Source: a virus. From it: a DNA stretch of 64,000 bases. This document shows positions 45,868-56,196 of the stretch, piece after piece. Below the pieces are notes generated by a model. It saw nothing but the letters and a program-made list of their open reading frames with translations. It was not told the DNA's origin and made no database searches. The first letter of the stretch is position 1; each line of letters begins with the position of its first letter. The stretch lies in the IMG/VR virus record IMGVR_UViG_3300008119_000006; one strand, 5' to 3'. The position numbers were made by a program, and so were the translations under genes.

Positions 45868-46461
45868 ATGCAGGATTTTACTTTTGTTTATCGTACTGAT
45901 AACGGATCATTTGGTGCAATACAACCTAACACCGGCATTTATAGTCCTGCAATTGAACCATCAGGTCGTGGATTAGGCGAAATGGTTGCCAATAAGAATA
46001 AACCAGTTGTTTTAGAAATTGGTTGTGATTCAGGAGAAACAACACAATTTTTATTGGAATCAAATCCAGAATTAACAATTCATTGTGTTGACCCATATAC
46101 TGATTTTGAAGATTGGAATGGTTCTCATGTTACAAATAGAGAATCGATGTATCAAAGTGTACTACAACGCTTTGCGCCTTATGGTGAACGATTTAAACAG
46201 TATCGTCAAATATCGAATGACGCTTTAGATAATTTTGAAGATGGCCAATTTGATTTAATTTTCATCGATGGTCTACACACTTATGAACAAGTGTCGTGGG
46301 ATTGTGAAAACTATTATTCAAAAGTTAAAAAGGGTGGTGTATTTGCTGGCCATGATTTTGATGCCATTCCTGCCGTAAAACAAGCAGTAGAAGCATTTGC
46401 AGCAAAAATGAATAAAGTTATTATGGCTACTAATCATGATGTTTGGTATTGGATAAAGTGA
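45868..46461 (+). CDS. class I SAM methyltransferase (Methyltransf_24-like)
   Basis: LEIGCDSG, FDLIFIDGLHTYE, GGVFAGHD; start at 45868 preferred (AGGA RBS). Confidence 0.88.
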   Translation: MQDFTFVYRTDNGSFGAIQPNTGIYSPAIEPSGRGLGEMVANKNKPVVLEIGCDSGETTQFLLESNPELTIHCVDPYTDFEDWNGSHVTNRESMYQSVLQRFAPYGERFKQYRQISNDALDNFEDGQFDLIFIDGLHTYEQVSWDCENYYSKVKKGGVFAGHDFDAIPAVKQAVEAFAAKMNKVIMATNHDVWYWIK

Positions 46462-47237
46462 AAACATTAATTGTAGGACAAAACAGTTTTATTGGTAAAC
46501 ATTTATTCCATAGTATCAAGAATGTGGATATTATTTCCTATTCCGATATTGACAATATTAATATGTCAGAGTATAATACTATATTAAATTGTGCCATCTC
46601 ACCGGAGATGAAGTTTGATGATTATAGAGAATATCGAGATATAGATTACAAAGTGGCCTGTAAGGCACGACTATACAACTGCCATTTTATAATGTTGAGT
46701 ACAAGAAAAGTTTATGGTAATTCCACAGAATTAAAAACATATAATGAAGAATCAGAATTAAATCCTTTTGATAAGTATAGTGAGAATAAACTCCGTTCAG
46801 AACAAAATATTTTAAAAGTAAATCCAACATCTACCATACTACGAGGTTCTAATGTAATTGGATTTGAATATGGCAGAAAGTCTTTTATGGGTTACTGTAT
46901 GACACAATTAAAGAACAATGATGAAATACTATATGAGATGGATCCAGATTTGAAACGAGATTTTATCGATATAGATAATGTATGTAAAACACTAAAAAAA
47001 GTAATTGAAGTAAAACCACAAGGGATTTATAATCTAAGTTCTAATATTGGTTTCAGTATTGGTGATGTATCAAAGTTGTTAATTAAAGGTTATGGTTCAG
47101 GTAAGATGGTTGTTGATATCACCAAACAAGGTGAACAGTTTATCTTAGACAATACTAAATTGGAGGCTGCTCTAAATACAAGTATAGGACCATTTGACTT
47201 TGATAATATCATTTTTGAAATTGGAAAAAAATTATGA
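46458..47237 (+). CDS. NAD-dependent epimerase/reductase
   Basis: VGQNSFIG, LSTRKVYG, YSENK (YxxxK). Confidence 0.8.
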   Translation: MKTLIVGQNSFIGKHLFHSIKNVDIISYSDIDNINMSEYNTILNCAISPEMKFDDYREYRDIDYKVACKARLYNCHFIMLSTRKVYGNSTELKTYNEESELNPFDKYSENKLRSEQNILKVNPTSTILRGSNVIGFEYGRKSFMGYCMTQLKNNDEILYEMDPDLKRDFIDIDNVCKTLKKVIEVKPQGIYNLSSNIGFSIGDVSKLLIKGYGSGKMVVDITKQGEQFILDNTKLEAALNTSIGPFDFDNIIFEIGKKL

Positions 47238-47713
47238 AAATTGGATTTAATTGTTCGTCATTCGACCTTCTTCATGCTGGCCATGTTACCATGTTGAAGA
47301 TGGAAAAACAACTTTGTGACTATCTCATTGTCGCACTTCAAGTAGACCCCACCATTGACCGACCAGGCGTCAAAAATAAACCATCACAATCAGTATATGA
47401 ACGATATGTACAATTACAAGGTTGTAAGTATGTTGATGAAATTTTGGTATACAGTACCGAAGCTGATTTATTAAATCTAATTCAAACTCAAACAATGCAC
47501 ATTCGTTTTTTAAGTGAAGAATATCTTAACCGTGACTTTACTGGTAAACAATATTGTTTAGATAATGATATTGAAATACACTATCATAAACGCCAACACA
47601 CATACAGTTCTTCAGAATTAAGAAAGCGTGTTTATGAATTGGAGAAGAAAAAAAATGAAGAACAATTTAAAGTAGAAGTACCACAACATTCACCCACATT
47701 GATAAAACCATGA
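47234..47713 (+). CDS. cytidylyltransferase (TagD/RfaE-like)
   Basis: SFDLLHAGH (HxGH), YVDEI, YSSSELR. Confidence 0.9.
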   Translation: MKIGFNCSSFDLLHAGHVTMLKMEKQLCDYLIVALQVDPTIDRPGVKNKPSQSVYERYVQLQGCKYVDEILVYSTEADLLNLIQTQTMHIRFLSEEYLNRDFTGKQYCLDNDIEIHYHKRQHTYSSSELRKRVYELEKKKNEEQFKVEVPQHSPTLIKP

Positions 47714-48534
47714 ATAATGACGTAAGTATTGTAACATTCTTTTTTGATACTGGTCGTGGTGATTGGACACCTGATAAAGGTTTTCCACATTACTTACATC
47801 GCACAGTAGACACTTATTTTGAACGCTTTGGTTACATGGCGCAGTTAGATAATGAAATGATTATCTACACATCGCCGGAGTTTGTTGACCGTGTAATGGC
47901 CTTACGAAAAGGTAAAGAAGATAAGACCAAGGTTATTCCTTTTGACTATCATGGTCAATTTGCAGAACAGAAGAAAAAGTACTATGATATTCAAAGAATG
48001 GAATCATATGCTAGTAGAGTTAATCCTTCACAAAGATTAAATCCAGAATATTGGAATCCTGATTACATACAGTTGATGTACCTCAAGTCATTCTTTATTA
48101 AGTGGGCTTTGGATAATAATCTAATTACCAATGACTATGTTGCTCAGATTGATTTCGGTTATTGTAGGACACCTGATAAGATTCCTTCAAGTAAGAAATG
48201 GTCTTATGACTTTGGTAAAGACAAATTACAATTATTTGGTTACAGGCCATTTTTAAAAGGTCAACCAATTGAAGATGTAATCTTTAATAATATTGTTTAC
48301 ATTCTTGGCGCAAAGCAAGTTGGACATAGAGATTTATGGCCAGAAGTAAATCGATTAATTGTAGAGAGTATGGATGAATTGTTATCAAAGAATTTAATTG
48401 ATGATGACCAAACATTATGGTTAATGGCTTCATTAAAGAAACCAGAAATGTTTAATCTGAATATTATTCCTGACCACCAATTAGGTCACGATTCGTTTGT
48501 TTTGTTTAATAACTTTAATGATACTGTAAAATGA
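47710..48534 (+). CDS. HtrL/YibB (WlaTC)-family glycosyltransferase-like protein
   Basis: IVTFFFDTGRGDW, RTVDTYFERF, PEYW, IDFGYCR, DDDQT. Confidence 0.8.
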   Translation: MNNDVSIVTFFFDTGRGDWTPDKGFPHYLHRTVDTYFERFGYMAQLDNEMIIYTSPEFVDRVMALRKGKEDKTKVIPFDYHGQFAEQKKKYYDIQRMESYASRVNPSQRLNPEYWNPDYIQLMYLKSFFIKWALDNNLITNDYVAQIDFGYCRTPDKIPSSKKWSYDFGKDKLQLFGYRPFLKGQPIEDVIFNNIVYILGAKQVGHRDLWPEVNRLIVESMDELLSKNLIDDDQTLWLMASLKKPEMFNLNIIPDHQLGHDSFVLFNNFNDTVK

Positions 48535-49274
48535 AATTATATCTTGTCGGCACAGCCAACCTTGGCGACTTTTTAAATGGTATGCCTGTATTATCAGGCC
48601 TGAGTAAAAAATTTGGTAAGTATGATTTAATCATCAAATCACCAATGCGTAAGTTTAACGGCATCAAAGAATTCTTGATGTACCAAGATTTGTTCTCTAG
48701 TGTGGAATTTGATGACGAAGTATTCATGTATGGTGAAGTGGTTCAATTAAGTTCATGGCCAATTCGTGAAGATAAAAAAGATCCTAATCGACCAATTGAA
48801 ACTTGCCGTTATGAAAACTGGATGAATGACAAGTATGGTGTTGATTTTCAAGTTGACGATGACTTTATTGTAAAGACACCAGAGTTCGATATTGAAATTA
48901 AAGATACCTACTATGTTGGTGACCGTTGGGCAGTAGGTGATATTGATGCTCGTAGAGAAACCCACATTCTATCACACCTCACTCAATATGAGTTCATTGA
49001 TTTCAATCGACCAATGTTAGAAAATGCGTATATCATTAAAAATTTAAAGAAACCATTTATTACCAATTTAACTGGTGTCGGAATGCTTGCCGACCTATGT
49101 AATGTTCCTTTATACTGTGTGTGGAAAGCAGAAGATTGGAAGCCAGAATGGCGAGTTGGTGATGATGTTCTTTGGGATGAAAATAAGAATATCGATAAAG
49201 TATTTGAGAAACATTTCTACTTAGACCGTAAAGGCAAATTAGTTCATGCAAAAGATTTGGAGGCCTTACTATGA
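48531..49274 (+). CDS. GT-B (GT9-like) glycosyltransferase-like protein
   Basis: NLGDFLNGMPVL N-terminus; FITNLTGVGMLADLCNVP. Confidence 0.55.
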   Translation: MKLYLVGTANLGDFLNGMPVLSGLSKKFGKYDLIIKSPMRKFNGIKEFLMYQDLFSSVEFDDEVFMYGEVVQLSSWPIREDKKDPNRPIETCRYENWMNDKYGVDFQVDDDFIVKTPEFDIEIKDTYYVGDRWAVGDIDARRETHILSHLTQYEFIDFNRPMLENAYIIKNLKKPFITNLTGVGMLADLCNVPLYCVWKAEDWKPEWRVGDDVLWDENKNIDKVFEKHFYLDRKGKLVHAKDLEALL

Positions 49275-49948
49275 ATGAAGATACAGCAGTTGTAGTAACT
49301 GCCTATTGTGATGGCCAGAATCCTGAAGAAAAAAGGAAAATGGCCAAGACTTTGGTAAAAAGTTTAAAAGAAAAAGGTCATTATGTTTGTATGACCACAC
49401 ATTCAGTTTTAGATGAAGAAACTCAAAGTTATTGTGACGCCTATCTCTATGATAAGAATAATCCATGGCAGATTAATGGACAACCAACAAGACCAAACCA
49501 CGCTGTCGCAGAATTAATTCTGATGCACACAGCCAATGACTTTGTACAAAAATATGGTTTCAAAAATGTTTTTAAGATGACCTTTGATTTGAGTCCTAAT
49601 CTTGATGTACATGAAATTATCAATCGTAGTAAATCAAAAAATAAAAGATTGGTTACTTGTAGAAACAACACCGATTTAGGAACATTGTGTTTCTTTTCTG
49701 ATGTTGGTTTTTTAAGAGAAACCTTTCAGATGGACCAAATACATAGAATTAGTCCAGCAACAAACTACTCAGTTGAACCTACATGGTATCAATTAGTATT
49801 AGAAAAAGGATTGATAGATGAAACTTGTGATGAATATCCTTTATATCATGATTTTCTAAACATTCCACATGATGAACCCATGCACTATTCTGAAGTAGAT
49901 GATGTGCATTTGACCAACAAGATGCACGAATATAATTTTAATCTATGA
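49271..49948 (+). CDS. hypothetical glycan-cluster protein
   Basis: Coupled ORF; VVVTAY...YLYDKNN...FKMTFD weakly GT-A-like. Confidence 0.55.
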   Translation: MNEDTAVVVTAYCDGQNPEEKRKMAKTLVKSLKEKGHYVCMTTHSVLDEETQSYCDAYLYDKNNPWQINGQPTRPNHAVAELILMHTANDFVQKYGFKNVFKMTFDLSPNLDVHEIINRSKSKNKRLVTCRNNTDLGTLCFFSDVGFLRETFQMDQIHRISPATNYSVEPTWYQLVLEKGLIDETCDEYPLYHDFLNIPHDEPMHYSEVDDVHLTNKMHEYNFNL

Positions 49949-50436
49949 ATATTTTAACATACAAGGGTAGAGATTACCCACACTTTCAAGCCGAAGGTAA
50001 CGCATCACAATTTGCTATTCCATTTGCCAAACATTTTTGTAAAGGTTATGGAATAGATGTTGGTTGTAATCGTCAAGACTGGTGTTTTCCTGGTGCTATT
50101 GGTGTTGATTTAAATTTCAATGACGGTAATACAGCATACAATTTTGAATATAAAGATTTAGATTATGTTTACTCTAGTCATTGTTTGGAACATCTTCCAG
50201 ACTGGGTTACTGCTTTGGATTATTGGACAGCAAATCTAAAACCAGGCGGTGTACTGTTCTTGTATTTGCCTCACTATAATCAAGAATATTGGAGACCATT
50301 CAACAACAGAAAACATATCCATATGTTCTCTACTGAAAGTATTAGAGATTACATGATTGACCGTGGTTATATTAATATTTTTAATTCAGGCCGTGATATG
50401 AACGATTCGTTTATGATTGTAGGAGAGAAAAAATGA
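49945..50436 (+). CDS. class I SAM methyltransferase (type 11-like)
   Basis: GIDVGC, DYVYSSHCLEH, LKPGGVLFLYLP. Confidence 0.9.
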   Translation: MNILTYKGRDYPHFQAEGNASQFAIPFAKHFCKGYGIDVGCNRQDWCFPGAIGVDLNFNDGNTAYNFEYKDLDYVYSSHCLEHLPDWVTALDYWTANLKPGGVLFLYLPHYNQEYWRPFNNRKHIHMFSTESIRDYMIDRGYINIFNSGRDMNDSFMIVGEKK

Positions 50437-51140
50437 TTTTTAATATCGAAACGGGAGTATTTGGCGGTCCTGCTAGAAGTGGTGATTTGATTGCTATTGC
50501 CAATGTGGTTGCACATATGCGTAAACAGAATCCAGAAATTAAGTTTCACATGAAACAAGGTTCAATTAATTCAACCGACTATTGTGGTAAGATGTATAAT
50601 TTTCTTTTGGAACATACTGACTACTTTTCAGAAACTCCAGGTGAACAGTCTTTGCCATGGAGAAAAGTAAATATATTTGATTTCCGTGATATCTCTGGTG
50701 ACCAAGTTATTATTAAAAATGACAAAGAACAAAAGAAGAAAATTGTTGTGTGTCCAGTCCTCGATGCACCATATAATCAATATCGTAATTGGCCAGAGTC
50801 CACATTTCAGAGTATCATTGGCAAATTTGGCGAAGAACAATATAAAGATTATGAAAAGGTGATATGTGTTTCTCCAAATATAGCACTCAGACCAATTGAT
50901 GACTGGCAAATATCCACGGATTATGATACCAATCTAAATCATATTTTAGAGGCAGAAATCTTTGTTGGTGGTGATACCGCTACGTCCCACTTGGCAGGTT
51001 CGCTTGACAATGGACCTAAGGTTATGTTATACTTCTATTCCAGTCGAGCATTGGTTCATTCTTTCCCAATGCACTACCTAAATGGTAGAGGCAAACTTAT
51101 TACATATTGGTTAGATTTTGAAGGTACTACTTGGAGTTGA
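50433..51140 (+). CDS. GT-B (GT9-like) glycosyltransferase-like protein
   Basis: SGDLIA, YRNWP, FVGGDTATSHLA (GT9 DSG.xHlA-like motif). Confidence 0.65.
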   Translation: MIFNIETGVFGGPARSGDLIAIANVVAHMRKQNPEIKFHMKQGSINSTDYCGKMYNFLLEHTDYFSETPGEQSLPWRKVNIFDFRDISGDQVIIKNDKEQKKKIVVCPVLDAPYNQYRNWPESTFQSIIGKFGEEQYKDYEKVICVSPNIALRPIDDWQISTDYDTNLNHILEAEIFVGGDTATSHLAGSLDNGPKVMLYFYSSRALVHSFPMHYLNGRGKLITYWLDFEGTTWS

Positions 51141-51142
51141 AA

Positions 51143-52180
51143 ATGAGTAAAAACGTATTGATTACTGGCGGTGCCGGTTTTATTGCACATCATGTTATTG
51201 ACAAGATGCTTAAAGAAACAGATTGGAATATTACTTGTCTGGATCGTTTGGACATTTCTGGAAACTTAAATCGTTTACATGATATGTTACAAGACCATGA
51301 CCCAAAAATTATTTCTTCCCGTTTGCGTATTGTGTTCCACGACCTCAAAGCCGAACTAAATGAAATGATTGTCAAAGACATTGGTCAGATTGATATCGTT
51401 TTACATTTGGCTGCCGGCAGTCATGTAGACCGAAGCATTGAATATCCACTAGAGTTTGTACAAGATAATACTGTTGGTACAGTTAATATGTTAGACTATG
51501 CTCGTAAACATTTACCTAACTTAGAACGATTTGTATATTTCTCAACTGATGAAATTTTTGGTGTGGCACCTCCTGGTGTGGCATACAAAGAATATGACCG
51601 ATACAATTCAACAAACCCGTATTCAGCAAGTAAGGCTGCAGCAGAAGAATTCTGTGTTGCTTATGAGAACACTTACAAGATGCCTATTGTAGTTACACAC
51701 ACAATGAATGTGTTTGGTGAACGTCAACATCCTGAGAAGTTTATTCCAATGTGTATTCAGCGTGCTCGTGATGGTGAGAAAGTATACATTCATGCCAATG
51801 CTGATTGTACTGAAGCAGGTACTCGTATGTACATTCATGCCAAAGATGTAGCAGAAGGTCTAATGTTTATTCTTAATAATTTACCTAAAGATTATAAACA
51901 TACTGGTGATTATGGTTGGGCTCATTGTCCTAAATTCAATCTTGTTGGCACAGAAGAAATTGATAACTTGTCTTTGGCTAAGATGATTGCTGAAGCACAA
52001 GGCAAAGAACTTAATTATGAAATGGTTGATTTCCACGGCAGTAGACCTGGCCACGATTTACGATATGCACTTGATGGTGGCCTATTGAAATCTTTAGGAT
52101 GGGAACCAAAGATTAAGTTGAGTGAGCGTATTAAAGAAATGACACTTTGGACATTGGAGAACAAGCGTTGGCTTCACTAG
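51143..52180 (+). CDS. NDP-sugar 4,6-dehydratase (second RfbB-like)
   Basis: GGAGFIA, HLAAGSHVDRSI, STDE, YSASK, RPGHDLRY. Confidence 0.9.
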   Translation: MSKNVLITGGAGFIAHHVIDKMLKETDWNITCLDRLDISGNLNRLHDMLQDHDPKIISSRLRIVFHDLKAELNEMIVKDIGQIDIVLHLAAGSHVDRSIEYPLEFVQDNTVGTVNMLDYARKHLPNLERFVYFSTDEIFGVAPPGVAYKEYDRYNSTNPYSASKAAAEEFCVAYENTYKMPIVVTHTMNVFGERQHPEKFIPMCIQRARDGEKVYIHANADCTEAGTRMYIHAKDVAEGLMFILNNLPKDYKHTGDYGWAHCPKFNLVGTEEIDNLSLAKMIAEAQGKELNYEMVDFHGSRPGHDLRYALDGGLLKSLGWEPKIKLSERIKEMTLWTLENKRWLH

Positions 52181-52932
52181 GAATATTCCATTGGAATAAA
52201 AACAATAAATCGGGGCTTGATGCCTCGATTGCTTCATTCCGTAAATTTCATCCAGACATTCCATATTTCGTATCAGTTGATGGTGGTAGCGTAGACCAAT
52301 ACGACATATGTAAAAAACATAATGCAATCTATTTGCAGAATGTTTCCACTCTTGGTTATCCTTCTCAACATTGGGGATACAATAAATTTCAGATTTATGA
52401 ATTTATGAAGCGCATCATGATGGCCGCTATTGCTATGGGTACTACACACTTTATGTTTTGTGAAGATGATGTTATCTGTTTAGATAAAATTGAATTTGAT
52501 GAATCTTGGGAAATTGCTTCATACGATACTCGTTATGTTGATGGAGTATTTGTTGGCCATAATGCGTTTAGTTATATACATGATGAAATACAAGATGAGA
52601 TTAGGAGGGTTTCTGGTGTAAAACCTAATCACCCATACTATGGTGCTGGTGCCGGTACAATTATGAATACTGCAACATTTATTGAAAACTTTTACAAGTA
52701 TATGAATTTTTTATCTGTAAATTTTGACAAGTTTCATGCTATTCAACACCAGTTTGGTTGGAATGATTATTTCTTACAGATGTTATTCTTTGTTGCAGGT
52801 AAACCGTATTCAATTAATCCTCGTTTACACAATATTCATCCTGAAGATCCAAATACTGATTTAAATGCTATTAAAGAAAAAGGTTTCTATATTGCACATA
52901 ATTATAAGAATTTTTATGAAGGTAGACAATGA
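52147..52932 (+). CDS. GT-A glycosyltransferase-like protein
   Basis: VSVDGG, FCEDDV, YGAGAG, WND. Confidence 0.65.
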   Translation: MDIGEQALASLGIFHWNKNNKSGLDASIASFRKFHPDIPYFVSVDGGSVDQYDICKKHNAIYLQNVSTLGYPSQHWGYNKFQIYEFMKRIMMAAIAMGTTHFMFCEDDVICLDKIEFDESWEIASYDTRYVDGVFVGHNAFSYIHDEIQDEIRRVSGVKPNHPYYGAGAGTIMNTATFIENFYKYMNFLSVNFDKFHAIQHQFGWNDYFLQMLFFVAGKPYSINPRLHNIHPEDPNTDLNAIKEKGFYIAHNYKNFYEGRQ

Positions 52933-53717
52933 AAATTAGATTATACAACCACCACTATCTAACCGATGATGGTTCATGGGTTTATATCTTTATGGACCAA
53001 ATGAAGCAATTAGAAGATTTTGGTTTGTATGATGAAATGGAAGTTCTTAGTTATACGGCATTAGGTAATCAAGAACAAATTAAATTGTTCAAAGACCTTT
53101 GTGCTTTGTATCCCAAAATTGAGATTCATGAAATTCATAATGATGTAACTGGTGAAGAATTAAAGGACTTCTCTAGCGCAAAAGGCCAAGAACAAAAGAA
53201 ATTTGTATTTGAAATTCCAACAATTAAAAGAATGTGGTTAGATGCACAAACACAAGATTTTTATGGATTGTATTTTCACGGCAAAGGTGTTACAGCATTT
53301 AACAATGCCTTTAAAGTTGGTGACGTTGCCAAGTTTAAGAACTATTACTACTGGAGAAAATATCTAGAGTATGGTTTTATTGAACGATGGAAAACTTGTG
53401 TTGAAGCTCTAGAACGATACGAAACTGCGGGTATCAATTTAAATCACGATCCATTCCTACATTATAGTGGTAACTTCTGGTGGTTGAGAAGTGACTACAT
53501 GAGAACATTGGATGACATTGAAGATTCACAATGGTGGAAAGAGAATAAACAACCATATCATTTGGACAGAATGATTGCTGAATTTTGGCCGTTATCTAAA
53601 GCTAATAAAATATTCAATATAGATAGTCCACCACTAAGGCTTTGTTCACCAAATCCTGGTTTATATTCTGAAACATATATGAGAAAATATTATGATAGAG
53701 AACTTACAAGAAATTAA
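52929..53717 (+). CDS. glycosyltransferase-associated hypothetical protein
   Basis: FEIPTI, YFHGKGVT, HYSGNFWW, DRMIAEFW. Confidence 0.65.
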   Translation: MKIRLYNHHYLTDDGSWVYIFMDQMKQLEDFGLYDEMEVLSYTALGNQEQIKLFKDLCALYPKIEIHEIHNDVTGEELKDFSSAKGQEQKKFVFEIPTIKRMWLDAQTQDFYGLYFHGKGVTAFNNAFKVGDVAKFKNYYYWRKYLEYGFIERWKTCVEALERYETAGINLNHDPFLHYSGNFWWLRSDYMRTLDDIEDSQWWKENKQPYHLDRMIAEFWPLSKANKIFNIDSPPLRLCSPNPGLYSETYMRKYYDRELTRN

Positions 53718-54882
53718 AAGGTGTTTAGCGTGTGACCATGATAATTTGAAGATGGTCTTAGATTTAAATAACCAGCCCCTCGCCAATTCTTACAAAAACA
53801 GTAAAGACGCTGTTGAGGATTCTTTTCCATTGGCGATTAAGGTGTGTCAAGTTTGCCACCATGTTCAACTGACACATATTGTTAATCCAGATTTAATTTA
53901 TAAAAATTATTTATATGTGAGTGGTACAACAAAAACTTATGTTGATTACATGGATTGGTATGCTAAATTTTGTATTGAAAAACTTGGCCATACACCATCT
54001 TCAGTATTGGATATTGGTTGTAACGATGGTTCACAATTGGATAAATTTAAAGCTCTTAATGTTGATACCTATGGTGTTGATCCAGCTGAAAATTTATATG
54101 AAACATCTTCAAAAAATCACAAAGTAACTTGTGGTTATTTTGATGATAAGTACAACCGCAGTCATGACATTATTACAATACAAAATGCTTTTGCGCACAA
54201 TCCAAATCCTTTAGAGTTGTTAAAAAACTGTAAAAAGAATTTGGAGATTGACGGACTATTGTTTATTCAAACATCACAAGCAGACATGATTTTGAATAAT
54301 GAGTTTGATACAATCTATCACGAACACATTTCATATTATAATATTAAATCGATGATGTTCTTGTGTAATCGTGTTGGATTGAATTTAATTGATGTGGTAA
54401 AAACACCGATTCACGGAACAAGTTATATCTTTATTATTAGTGCTGACAGGTCTGCACCAAATACAATCAAGAATTTAGTTGAAATGGAAACTGCTGCTGG
54501 ACTATACGACAATTTCACTTATACAAAATACACTTCAAATTGTATTGAAAAAGTTGCCAATTTTGCCGAGAGAGTTGAATACTGGCGTGACCAAGGTTAT
54601 AAGATTGTTGGTTATGGAGCCCCAGCAAAAGGAAACACATTCTTAAACTTTGCCAGAATACCACTTGATATTATTATTGATGACAATAAGTTGAAACAAG
54701 GTTTGTTTACACCTGGTTCATCCATTGAAATTGTTGGTTCTGAAATTCTTGGTACATATACTGAGGATGATAAAGTATTATTTATTCCTTTGGCTTGGAA
54801 TTTCTTCAAAGAAATCAAACAAAGAATTTTATCAGTCCGAAACAATCCAAATGATGTATTTCTGAACATCCAAGACCTATAA
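53692..54882 (+). CDS. NDP-hexose C-methyltransferase
   Basis: Zn site CLAC...CQVC, QPLAN, DIGCNDG, FDTIYHEH, HGTS, GYGAPAKGNT, PLAWNF. Confidence 0.9.
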   Translation: MIENLQEIKRCLACDHDNLKMVLDLNNQPLANSYKNSKDAVEDSFPLAIKVCQVCHHVQLTHIVNPDLIYKNYLYVSGTTKTYVDYMDWYAKFCIEKLGHTPSSVLDIGCNDGSQLDKFKALNVDTYGVDPAENLYETSSKNHKVTCGYFDDKYNRSHDIITIQNAFAHNPNPLELLKNCKKNLEIDGLLFIQTSQADMILNNEFDTIYHEHISYYNIKSMMFLCNRVGLNLIDVVKTPIHGTSYIFIISADRSAPNTIKNLVEMETAAGLYDNFTYTKYTSNCIEKVANFAERVEYWRDQGYKIVGYGAPAKGNTFLNFARIPLDIIIDDNKLKQGLFTPGSSIEIVGSEILGTYTEDDKVLFIPLAWNFFKEIKQRILSVRNNPNDVFLNIQDL

Positions 54883-54897
54883 AAGCCAACAATTTTT

Positions 54898-54942
54898 GTA
54901 CTATGTATCGAAGCCAATCTTTCCACAGGTTGGCCATAGTAC
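54898..54942 (+). other. long bulged hairpin in intergenic region
   Basis: GTACTATG/CATAGTAC and GCCAATCT/AGGTTGGC stems, 7-nt bulge, 6-nt loop. Confidence 0.6.
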
Positions 54943-54953
54943 TTTAAAACTTG

Positions 54954-54961
54954 GATAAATA
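54954..54961 (+). promoter_or_regulatory. T4-type late promoter (GATAAATA)
   Basis: nATAAATA upstream of the internal-protein cluster. Confidence 0.65.
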
Positions 54962-55005
54962 AGTAGACCGGCAACCAAAGTGTGTTGCAATCTGGAAGGA
55001 AAATA

Positions 55006-56196
55006 ATGCAATCGTTTTTATCATTCTTAAAAGAAGAAGCCAGCGAAGGTTCTGAACTTAAGCATATTCATCATGCTGAGGACCGTCCTTTAATGCACGG
55101 CCATGCTGGTTTTGAACACGCTCATGCGGCTTTAACTAAAGCTCATGAACATATGACCGGTGGCCACAAGAATACAAATTTAACAATGAAATACGATGGT
55201 TCTCCATCGATTGTATTTGGTCATCATCCTAAGAATGGTAAGTTCTTTGTGGCAACCAAGTCTGCCTTCAATAAGAATCCTAAGATTAACCATACAGAAA
55301 AAGATATTGATAGGAACCATGGTCACGCTCCGGGTTTAGCACATACTCTTAAACACGCTCTCAAACATCTACCAAAAGTAACACCTAAAACTGGTGTATT
55401 CCAAGGTGACTTGATGCACCACGCCGATACCAAAACCCTACACGAAGGTTATATTGTAGAAGCCAAAGGCGATGTTTCTTTTACTCCCAATACAATCACT
55501 TATACCGCCAAAGGTAAAGAAGCAGACAAGATTAAAAAGTCTAAGGTTGGCGTAGTGGTTCATACACAATACAGCCATGACTTAAAACACAATACTCCTC
55601 ATGTAGATACAAGCAAATTTAAAGAGCATCCGGATGTTCATATTCACGGTGCAGAACATGATACAAGCAAAGTAAAACATTCTGCTGAGAATGAAAAACA
55701 CTTCCAAAAACACATGGCGGCCGCCAAAGATATTCACGATACTCATGGTCACAAAATGTACGATGCCGTTCATCCAAAACATAGCGGAGAACACGGACAT
55801 CTTGCTACATACATAAACAAGACAGTAAGACATGATGAAGTTCCAAGTGTTAAGGGATTCAAAGAACACTTACATGGAGAACATGAAAAACAAGCCGCAA
55901 AAGTTAAGACCGATAAAGCCAAATCTGAAAAAACTGGTGAAGGCAAGAAACAAGTTGCTCACGTTGAGAAACATAAAGAACATTATGGAAACCTATTTTC
56001 GATGCATCATCATTTACATCAAGCCAAAAATGCTTTAGTTAAATCCCTAGAAACGCATGAGGGACACTATCAGCACCACATCGCAGGTAAGAAGTCTAAA
56101 CCTGAAGGTTTCGTAGTTCACCACGATAATCAACCAACCAAATTGGTTAACCGTGCTGAGTTTGCTAAACAGAATCTTTTAAAAGTTCGTAAATGA
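55006..56196 (+). CDS. His-rich ligase-like nucleotidyltransferase (DUF6267-like) with capsid-targeting N-terminus
   Basis: Motif I KYDG, QGDLM, motif IV EGFVV, motif V KLV; MQSFLSFLKE start with GAAGGA RBS. Confidence 0.7.
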   Translation: MQSFLSFLKEEASEGSELKHIHHAEDRPLMHGHAGFEHAHAALTKAHEHMTGGHKNTNLTMKYDGSPSIVFGHHPKNGKFFVATKSAFNKNPKINHTEKDIDRNHGHAPGLAHTLKHALKHLPKVTPKTGVFQGDLMHHADTKTLHEGYIVEAKGDVSFTPNTITYTAKGKEADKIKKSKVGVVVHTQYSHDLKHNTPHVDTSKFKEHPDVHIHGAEHDTSKVKHSAENEKHFQKHMAAAKDIHDTHGHKMYDAVHPKHSGEHGHLATYINKTVRHDEVPSVKGFKEHLHGEHEKQAAKVKTDKAKSEKTGEGKKQVAHVEKHKEHYGNLFSMHHHLHQAKNALVKSLETHEGHYQHHIAGKKSKPEGFVVHHDNQPTKLVNRAEFAKQNLLKVRK

